Source of the DNA: Vulcanimicrobiales bacterium | GTDB lineage: Bacteria; Vulcanimicrobiota; Vulcanimicrobiia; Vulcanimicrobiales; Vulcanimicrobiaceae | Direction of reading: 5' to 3' | Length of the DNA stretch: 64,000 bases | Assembly: GCA_038231455.1 (NCBI GenBank) | Contig: JBBRLI010000010.1 | Coordinates: 32,001 to 96,000, forward strand | Shown here: positions 56,702 to 64,000 of the stretch, one piece after another | Layout of the letters: each line of letters begins with the position of its first letter | Numbering within the stretch: the first letter of the stretch is position 1 | Program-made: the position numbers and the translations under genes | Notes under the pieces: generated by a model | The model's database searches: none | Told to the model about the DNA's origin: nothing | The model's input: only the letters and a program-made list of their open reading frames with translations

Positions 56702-58219
56702 CTAGTTGAGTTGGTTGACGGGGAGGTTGAGCGTGAGCGCGACGACGCCCCGGATCTTGTCTTGATAGTTTTCCGGCCCGAACGGAATTGCGTTGCCGGG
56801 CGGCGGTGCGGCGGCGGCAGCGGCGGCCGGTGCAGCAGTCGTCATCGCGGTCGCGACCGCCGCACGCGTATTCGTCGAATTGACGAACGATACGAGCGTC
56901 GAGCGCACGTCCGAGGTGACGTCGTCTTGGAGCGCGGCGTTGACGATGTTGCCGACGATTTTTTGTGCGTCAAACCCGCCGGCTTGCGCGACGATCGCAT
57001 CGGGTGAGATCGTGGATGCGGCCAGCGGAACGGCGGGTGCCCCGGCTGCGGGTTTCTTTTGGATCGACGTTGCGATGAGCGCATTCACAAAGTTGAACCG
57101 CGCGAGCAACGTTGCCGTATTGATCCACGTCGGACCGCCGTCCCAGCCTTTGACGCTGGGTGGGTTCAGCGGATCTTGACCCATGCGCGCGAGTGCATAC
57201 GGGAGATTGTCGGGGGCGGTTGTGAGGCCCATGTAGCGCAGCGTTCCGACCGCAAACTCGATCGGACTCTTGGGGATCGCGCGATAGGCACGCGTCGAGT
57301 AAAAGACGTTCGAACGCAGAATCGTGCCCACGGTCCTCGGAATATCGTAACCCGAGAGCGCGTACACACTTGCCAGCGCTTCGATCAGTTCGGGTTCGGG
57401 ATCGCTATAAACGAAGAACTCGAGGAGTTTGTGCGCCATGAACCGCGAATGCGCGGGATGTTGCACGATGATATTGATAACGTCGTCGCCCGTCCAGTTT
57501 CCCGTCTTTCCGAGCACCGTCTTCGGACCGTCGTCGTGGACTTTTGGATTGTCGATATACGCAAGACTGCGGTCGAGCGTCCAGCCGGTGAATGCGCGCG
57601 CCGATTCCTTGACGTCGTCTTCGGTGTAGTTGCCAAGGCCAAGCGTAAAGAGTTCCATCACCTCGCGTGCAAAATTTTCGTTCGGATGCGCTTTCGAATT
57701 CCCGCGATTGTCGAGCCAGACGAGCATTGCGGGATCTTTGGCGACGGAAGACAGCAGTGAGGGGAACTTGCCCAGGCCTTGCGCGCGGAAGAGGTCCATC
57801 TGCTGCGCCATGAGCTGCGGCGGCACTTTCTGCATGCTCGTCGCAAAATGGCCGTGCCAGAAGAGCATCATCTTCTGGACGAGCGGTTGATTCGTACCGA
57901 CGAGCTGATCGAGGAACCAGAGCTGTGTTGCGTGGCGATTCTTCTTTTGATCGAAGAGGATATCGGTTGGCGGGTAGGCCGGAAAGTCGACTGCCGCGCC
58001 GGTTGGATGGAGAAGCGATGCGACTCCGCGATCGGCGCCCAGCGGTACCAAGGCGGAAATATCTGCAGCGGTGCCGCCGAACCCGGCGCGGCGGAGCAAG
58101 TGTGCGGCGCTCCGCATGGTGAAGTGACCGTCGTAGCGCGCGAGTGCCGTGGTGGCGTCGCCGAGTGCGCCGGGCGGGCGAAATCCGGTTTGCGGATCGG
58201 TCGATGTATCGAGTTTCAC
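56702..58219 (-). CDS. DUF1800 family protein
   Basis: AHLLRRAGFG, FWHGHF, NENFAREVMELFTLG, ARAFTGW, KSP, PPSVKGW. Confidence 0.9.
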   Translation of the reverse strand: MKLDTSTDPQTGFRPPGALGDATTALARYDGHFTMRSAAHLLRRAGFGGTAADISALVPLGADRGVASLLHPTGAAVDFPAYPPTDILFDQKKNRHATQLWFLDQLVGTNQPLVQKMMLFWHGHFATSMQKVPPQLMAQQMDLFRAQGLGKFPSLLSSVAKDPAMLVWLDNRGNSKAHPNENFAREVMELFTLGLGNYTEDDVKESARAFTGWTLDRSLAYIDNPKVHDDGPKTVLGKTGNWTGDDVINIIVQHPAHSRFMAHKLLEFFVYSDPEPELIEALASVYALSGYDIPRTVGTILRSNVFYSTRAYRAIPKSPIEFAVGTLRYMGLTTAPDNLPYALARMGQDPLNPPSVKGWDGGPTWINTATLLARFNFVNALIATSIQKKPAAGAPAVPLAASTISPDAIVAQAGGFDAQKIVGNIVNAALQDDVTSDVRSTLVSFVNSTNTRAAVATAMTTAAPAAAAAAAPPPGNAIPFGPENYQDKIRGVVALTLNLPVNQLN

Positions 58220-58324
58220 GGTGGCCTCGCGGGAGTAGGGCGTAGCGTCGTAACGTATCGTACGTCCAATCGATCTCGCTTTTGTCTCCCTCGAGCGATT
58301 CTCAGCCAAACTCTAAGGTACGGT

Positions 58325-60781
58325 TCATGTTGGCCCCTCGATTCGCCACGTCTGCGGCGAACGTTCGCTCGGCGCGAACGCACCCGGAGATGCAAGCGAG
58401 GCCAGCAATACCGACTCGAAGCGCCCGCCCGGATCGCCGGGCAGGAGGACGACCGCCGGCATTTCCACCGACTCGACCGCGTCGCGTTCGCGTGGTGTCT
58501 CTGCCGCACGAGCGACCGTGCGCGTCGTCCGTTCGGCCACGATTGCGGCGGGGCGCAGTGATTGTAACTCGACTAGGAACTCCGGCGCGGCGACCGCGCG
58601 CGTCGGGCGACCGCTGGTACTGACGGTCACCGTCTCGTCGGCGCGAACCATCGCACACGCGAGTCGTCGGCGGTCTTCGCGTGCATAGGCATCGCGCAAC
58701 TTTGCCTGATGCGAATACCACGTGAACTTGGCGGTGCGTGCCGCGGTTGCATCACCAACGTTGTCTTTGGGGATCATGCCCCATTGCGGACTAAAAAGGA
58801 ACGCGTCGGGGACGTAGTAGGGCGGGAATGCACCGGCTCGCGCATCGAGGATGAAGACATGTGCGAAACGCCGTGCTTTGACGGCGTCGATTGCAGCGAG
58901 CGTAACCAAGCCGGGATGCGCCGACCCGGCAACGCTCAGCGGCGTGTCGGACTGCGCGATGCGTTCGCAGTAGAGCAGCGCATCGAGCAGCGTATCGTTC
59001 GGCCGCCGCGTGGCGAACCGTTCGATCCGCAAGAGAAGAGATGCGATCCGTGCCGTCCGCTGCGCTTGCCGTGCTGATGTCTCGCCGCCGCCGGATTCGG
59101 CGATTCCACTTTCCGAGACGATCGTGCGCGCGAGTCGGGCGAGCGGCATCCTCGAGCGCAGGGCGACCCATCGCGCGCGCCGCTCGCGGAACGCTTGCAA
59201 GCGCGCGCGTGCATCATCAGAGAGATCACCATCGCGGTCGGCGCGCAGGACGTTGGTCCCCAAACGTAAGTCTCGGCGCTTGTCCCAGCGACGGTTACTG
59301 CGATCGGTCTCTTCGATTGCGGGGAGTTCGAAGAGCAGTGCCTGCGGATTTGGCGGATCGCCGCAGAGCAGGGCGAGGCTCGCATCGCTCAGTCGAAGTA
59401 CCGGTGATTCGAGGACGCGCAGCAGCCAATCGTGGCGGAATGGATCGGCAACCGACCACAACATCGCAAGCGCGTCCTGCGTATCGTGATGGGCGAAGAG
59501 TTGGTCGTCGCCGACGAGATCGATTGGGACGTCGCGGTCGAGCAGTGCCGCTTCGTACGGCGCGATACAACGCAGCGAACGCGCGAGGACCGCGATTTGC
59601 TCCGGTGGCGTTCCCGCGTTGATGAGGCCAGCGACCCGGTCGGCGACGAACGCCGCTTCGGCTGGTTGGTCGGATGCGCGGTGAACGGCAATCGACTCCC
59701 CTACGGGAAGCGCGGTTCCGAAGTCCTCGGCGATCATCGCACGCGCCGCCGCAGCGATTTGCGCTGGGACTCGAACGCCGTGCGCTAGCGTGATTGTCGT
59801 TCCACCTAAGGCGAACGTCCGTTCCGGACGTGCGCCGGCGAACGTTTCCGTCGCCGCATCCGGATCGCCGGCAAAGGTGACGCCGATGAGATCTTTCCCG
59901 AAGATCGCTTGTAAGAGTCGCAGCTCGCCGGTGCGCAAATCATGCACGTCATCGACGAGAGCGAATCGAAACCGGCTTCGCACGATTCGCGCGAGGCTCG
60001 CATCGGCGCCGAGAATTCGGATCGCCTCCGCGATCGCATCGGTCGCCGTAAGACAACCGTGCGCGCCGAGTTCATCCAGATACGCGCGATACAGTTTGGC
60101 GATGATCTTCGCAAGATCGAGTTCGCGGCGCCGCTGTCGTTCCAGCTCCTGCGGTCCGATGCTCAGCGAGTCGCGATAGGAGTCTTTTGTGGCAAAGAGC
60201 AGGGAGGGGTTTGCAAAATTTGGCGGCTTCGCGTAAAAGGCGTTCGAGCCGCGCAGTGCCGCCGCAAGAAAATCGTCCGGACCGATCTGCGCATCGCGGA
60301 GTTTGCGAATGAGCCGCAAGGCGGCAGCGGCAAACCGTTCCGGCGCGCGCAATCCCGGAATCTCCGGATCGATCTCGGCGCTAATGAATTCGGTCCACTC
60401 GAGTGCGAAGAGCGGCGCAGCAGCGCGCTCGAAAATCTCCTCGGCATCGACCTCATCGATAATCTCGATGTCGAGTGCCAGGCCTGCGCGCAGCCCTTGT
60501 TCGCGTAAAATTTCGATTGCGACGGCTTCGAGCGGAACGCCGACGAAGGATCCCCTCGGGCCGTCGATTGCGGCGATCCGGACGCCGAGGGCCGTGGCCC
60601 CGCTCGCGCGGGCCGCGCTGACGATGATCTCCTCGGGGGTCGCGTGCGCGAGAAGTGCGACGTAGCGGCGCGCGAGTAGTGTGGACTTTCCGCTTGCGGC
60701 CGGACCGACCAGTGTAAGGAGCGGCGCATCGGCAGATGCATCGATCACACTGCGCGCGAGGGGTCCGGTAATGTCGATCAT
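58325..60781 (-). CDS. UvrD/AddA/AdnA-like SF1 helicase without nuclease domain
   Basis: GPAASGKST, LVDDVHD, AGDP, IAVLARS, EDRRRLACAMVRA; ATG overlaps the upstream stop. Confidence 0.8.
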   Translation of the reverse strand: MIDITGPLARSVIDASADAPLLTLVGPAASGKSTLLARRYVALLAHATPEEIIVSAARASGATALGVRIAAIDGPRGSFVGVPLEAVAIEILREQGLRAGLALDIEIIDEVDAEEIFERAAAPLFALEWTEFISAEIDPEIPGLRAPERFAAAALRLIRKLRDAQIGPDDFLAAALRGSNAFYAKPPNFANPSLLFATKDSYRDSLSIGPQELERQRRRELDLAKIIAKLYRAYLDELGAHGCLTATDAIAEAIRILGADASLARIVRSRFRFALVDDVHDLRTGELRLLQAIFGKDLIGVTFAGDPDAATETFAGARPERTFALGGTTITLAHGVRVPAQIAAAARAMIAEDFGTALPVGESIAVHRASDQPAEAAFVADRVAGLINAGTPPEQIAVLARSLRCIAPYEAALLDRDVPIDLVGDDQLFAHHDTQDALAMLWSVADPFRHDWLLRVLESPVLRLSDASLALLCGDPPNPQALLFELPAIEETDRSNRRWDKRRDLRLGTNVLRADRDGDLSDDARARLQAFRERRARWVALRSRMPLARLARTIVSESGIAESGGGETSARQAQRTARIASLLLRIERFATRRPNDTLLDALLYCERIAQSDTPLSVAGSAHPGLVTLAAIDAVKARRFAHVFILDARAGAFPPYYVPDAFLFSPQWGMIPKDNVGDATAARTAKFTWYSHQAKLRDAYAREDRRRLACAMVRADETVTVSTSGRPTRAVAAPEFLVELQSLRPAAIVAERTTRTVARAAETPRERDAVESVEMPAVVLLPGDPGGRFESVLLASLASPGAFAPSERSPQTWRIEGPT

Positions 60782-63498
60782 CGCCCAAACCGTGCGTCGA
60801 CGACGGGGGGACGTTCGCGGCACGCGTTGCGATACGCGCAATACGTGCACGCGTCGGGATCGTCGGTCGCCGGAAAATCAGCGAGCGCGCCACTTGCGAT
60901 TTCGGATGCGAGTTCGATCATTTTTGCTTTCGCACGTTCGAGATCGGCGATGCCGATCACGCCGATCGTCGAGCGATCGTTGCGGCGCGATTCGATCGGA
61001 ACCAGGGCAATTTCAAGTTCCACCGGCGCGACATCGAGCAGCGCGTCTTTGAGTGGGATGAGCGAGAGGCGCGTCACGCGATCGCCCGCTGCCGTGCGCG
61101 CCCAGTAGTAAAATGGCAGCTGGAAATCGGTGAACTTCACGACCTTATCGCGATATTCTGAGGCGCTTTCGGCAATCGTTCCCGTCTTATAGTCGACGAC
61201 GGTCACGCCGCCGCTGCGATCGTCGCGGTCGAGCCGATCGATGTAACCGACGAATGCATGGCCCGCGAGTTCGAGGTCGGCAGAAACTTCGTTGCCGATG
61301 ACGGTGAACGGTTCGCGTGCAGTACGCTCGAGAATCCACTTGACATATTTGATCGCCGTCCGTCTGGCGCGGCGTTTTTGGAGTTCGAACTCTACGACCG
61401 CATCGAAGCGCGTTCGGAAGCGATCGAAGGCGCCGTTGATACAGGCTTCAAGAAACCGTTCCAGCGTCGGGCGGTCGACGCCGTCGACGCGCGGATATTT
61501 TTCGTGAAATTCTTCGAGCGCGGAATGGAATGCCGTCCCGTAAAATGATGCCGACGAGCCGCGATCTTCGACCGCCGAGCAGACATACCGGTAATACCAC
61601 TTGCGTCTGCATTCCGCGAATGCGTTGAGCGAGGAGGCACTAAAGTGCATCTTCCGCATCGGGACGGCGCGACCGGGTTCGCGTTCGCGCGTCGGTAGCG
61701 ACTCCGCTCCCGCGACGACCGGAACGGAAGCGCGCGCCGTGCCCGTCTCAGCAGCAAGATCGGCGAGAAAGGAGCGTGCTTCCCACGCCGGTGCGAGCGC
61801 GCGGGCGGAGTCGAAATCGCGCGCGATTTGCGCGAGTGTCAGCAGCGTACGCTGCGTCGTCTCGTCCGCGTCGGCTGCCACGCCGGTCGCAACGACGATC
61901 GCGCCCAATACGCTTCCGGCCCCCGCATCGGGCGCGCGGTACGCAGAAGTAATGGCTGCGAGTAAATCGCGCAGGCGCAGCGCAGGGTGCATGTCGGTTG
62001 GGGTAAGACTCGCGCGTCCAGATGCAATTGCTTCGAGGAGCGCTCGCTCACCAGTCGCGACTAAGAGCGCGCTCGCATTATCGGCGGCGATCGGCGAGAG
62101 CGCGCCGACCGCCACGCGACGCGCGTCGACATCACGTTCGTAGGCCGCGAACCGGACGAGCGTCGCAACCGCATCCACCAGACCCCGATCGAGCGCCGGC
62201 GGCAGGACCGGTCCAAGGTCGACCGATTCGATATCGATCGCTTGTGCAGCGAAGAGGCGTCTGAAAACAAAACCGCGTTCGCCCTCGAGGAGCGCGGCAT
62301 CGACGCGGAGCTGCGATGCTGGCGTTGCGGGCGATTCCGCAATTGCCTTGGTCAGAGCCGAGCGTTCATCGTAGACGTTCCCGAAGGCAAGGAGCGTGCG
62401 ATAATGGGCGATCAATGGCTCGAAGAACGCGCGCTCGGGATGGTCCGCCTGATCGCACGCGGCGGCGGCGCGCTGCGCGAATGACGCACTCTCGATCACC
62501 GCGGGTGCGAGGCCGATGTCATCGCGCGTCCGCGCGAGCGCACGGAGGATCGCGCGCCGCTCGCTCTGGCTGATCACACGTGCGCCGATAAGCGATTCGA
62601 GAAACGCCGCCGGCGTGAGGACGCGGGCGCTTCCCACATGTAGCGCAACCGCGGGTCGAAGACCGGCGGATAGGCGGCCTTCGTCGACGAGCAGCGTTAC
62701 CACGATGCGAGTGATACGGAGCGCCGGATGCGCGACCTTCCCTCGGGTTCGGTTCGCAAGGCGATTCGCCAGCGCGACATCGCTTACTCGATCCACGTTC
62801 ACGGCGATTTCGGGATAGCGGCTGAGGATCGCACCGACCGGCGCGCCGAGCAATCGGCTCGCGCGCTCTTCGGCCATGGCGATGCTCAGGCGTCCAAGAG
62901 CAAACTGCACGAAGATGTCCCAGCCGAAAATCGCCGCGAGTTGCAGCGGATTTTTGCGCGCGGCGCCGAGCCGTTCCAGGAACAGCAGAAGGCCCGGCAA
63001 CACACGCGGTTTGATCGCGATGAAACCCGCGCCACAAAACGAACCTTCACGTAGGCGCGCCCACGTATGCGGAACTTCGGGGAAGCGCGCGAGGTGCTCG
63101 CGTTTCTCAACGCACGCATACGCAAGGTCGCAATCGCGAGCACGGGCCTGCGCGATAAAGTCATCGATGCCGACGGTTGAAAGAAACGGCAAATCCGATG
63201 TGCTGACGAGGACGAGTTCCTCGGAATGCAGCGATGCAAGACCCGCGAGAAGGCTCTCGCTGATACGCGCGCCTGCGGGACGAAGTTCGTCTGAGCCGAG
63301 CAGTTCGGGCCTCTCGAAGGTGTCCGGAGGGGCAACGGTCACAATGCGCGCGATCTGCGTGCTCGTCCGCAAGGCGTCGACCGTGCGCTGGATAAGCGCA
63401 ACGCCGCCAATCTGCACGAATGCTTTATTCGGCACGCTTTGCAGCGCGCTGACGCGGTCGGGCCCGCCGCCGGCGAGAACGACAGCGGTTATCGCCAC
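60778..63498 (-). CDS. Fusion ORF: MobA-like NTP transferase + AddB/AdnAB-like PD-(D/E)XK nuclease with Fe-S cysteines
   Basis: N-terminal VVLAGGG..NKAF..SDLP..NVDR; C-terminal SASSL.AF.EC, GTAFH, GYIDRLD, VVDYKTG, QL..Y, CTYCAYRNAC. Confidence 0.8.
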   Translation of the reverse strand: MAITAVVLAGGGPDRVSALQSVPNKAFVQIGGVALIQRTVDALRTSTQIARIVTVAPPDTFERPELLGSDELRPAGARISESLLAGLASLHSEELVLVSTSDLPFLSTVGIDDFIAQARARDCDLAYACVEKREHLARFPEVPHTWARLREGSFCGAGFIAIKPRVLPGLLLFLERLGAARKNPLQLAAIFGWDIFVQFALGRLSIAMAEERASRLLGAPVGAILSRYPEIAVNVDRVSDVALANRLANRTRGKVAHPALRITRIVVTLLVDEGRLSAGLRPAVALHVGSARVLTPAAFLESLIGARVISQSERRAILRALARTRDDIGLAPAVIESASFAQRAAAACDQADHPERAFFEPLIAHYRTLLAFGNVYDERSALTKAIAESPATPASQLRVDAALLEGERGFVFRRLFAAQAIDIESVDLGPVLPPALDRGLVDAVATLVRFAAYERDVDARRVAVGALSPIAADNASALLVATGERALLEAIASGRASLTPTDMHPALRLRDLLAAITSAYRAPDAGAGSVLGAIVVATGVAADADETTQRTLLTLAQIARDFDSARALAPAWEARSFLADLAAETGTARASVPVVAGAESLPTREREPGRAVPMRKMHFSASSLNAFAECRRKWYYRYVCSAVEDRGSSASFYGTAFHSALEEFHEKYPRVDGVDRPTLERFLEACINGAFDRFRTRFDAVVEFELQKRRARRTAIKYVKWILERTAREPFTVIGNEVSADLELAGHAFVGYIDRLDRDDRSGGVTVVDYKTGTIAESASEYRDKVVKFTDFQLPFYYWARTAAGDRVTRLSLIPLKDALLDVAPVELEIALVPIESRRNDRSTIGVIGIADLERAKAKMIELASEIASGALADFPATDDPDACTYCAYRNACRERPPVVDARFGR

Positions 63499-64000
63499 GC
63501 GAGAGCGCCGACAAACGGAACGACAACGAGTCGCGTGCCGCTCGGAACCTCGACCGCACGCGCCAAATCGCGTGCATCGGATTCACTCTGGCAGAGGCCA
63601 AACGAACACGCGCCGCTTCCGCTCAGCATCGCAAGCGGTGCGCCGGCAGCGCGAAGCGCGCGCAGGTCGTCGGCAATTCGGGGCTCGAGGACGGTCACGA
63701 TCGGTTCGAAATCATTGCTTGCGTGCGCGCACACGGCAGAAAAATCGCCACGTTGCACGGCTTCGAGCACGCGCAGACTCGCCGAATCACTACGCGGCCG
63801 GCTCGGCGGCGGCGAGGCGAGCCGCGCCTGCGCGAGCGCGCGGTACGCATCGCCCGTGTTCACGGAAACCGGCGGAATCGCGACGATCACCCACCACGGC
63901 GGGAGCGCGCCAAGGGCCGTGACGCGCTCCCCGGTTCCCTCGACGAGTGCGCCGCTCTCGACGAGAAAAAACGGGATATCCGAGCCTAGCGATCGGGCAA
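63489..64000 (-). CDS. ispE: 4-diphosphocytidyl-2-C-methyl-D-erythritol kinase, 5' truncated by window edge
   Basis: LGSDIPFF..G.GE, NDFE, MLSGSG. Confidence 0.9.
   Translation of the reverse strand, partial: ARSLGSDIPFFLVESGALVEGTGERVTALGALPPWWVIVAIPPVSVNTGDAYRALAQARLASPPPSRPRSDSASLRVLEAVQRGDFSAVCAHASNDFEPIVTVLEPRIADDLRALRAAGAPLAMLSGSGACSFGLCQSESDARDLARAVEVPSGTRLVVVPFVGALAWR

Overview
A GC-rich bacterial chromosomal segment, mostly housekeeping and densely packed. The gene content (ChdC/HemQ, RbgA, Prp, ScpAB, split GcvPA/PB, DUF1800/DUF1501, a LolA-like protein) suggests a Terrabacteria lineage, possibly Ca. Eremiobacterota; this is inference only. Main loci: chdC, a partner-switching signalling pair, comM, a ribose-type ABC transporter, the rplS-lepB-lepB-rbgA-rnhB-yraN-Ser/Thr kinase-APC permease-USP cluster, trmD, tatB, rplU-prp, cydAB, sufB, speD-speE, gcvT-H-PA-PB, a Nudix-scpA-scpB-helicase-MTase-nfo-PilZ-ABC-dinB run preceded by a LexA-type box, ggt, DUF1800/DUF1501, an AddAB/AdnAB-like pair and partial ispE. 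Accessory DNA: one complete IS1202-family element (22435-23830, 17-bp target duplication), a Phd/VapC TA pair and a wHTH + nucleotidyltransferase pair. Most unusual signals: (i) a ~190-nt multi-stem inverted-repeat element at 45141-45331 next to the LexA box; the DNA on its left shows a strong one-sided A/C bias that recodes the 3' end of gcvPB and coincides with a disrupted small gene; (ii) a structured, partly SAM-I-like leader plus uORF upstream of speD, behind a promoter with a G8 tract in its spacer; (iii) a hairpin-sequestered SD with a putative ATC start on a MASE4-PAS-PP2C-HATPase gene; (iv) an NTP-transferase fused in frame to an Fe-S PD-(D/E)XK nuclease. I saw no rRNA, tRNA or CRISPR array.
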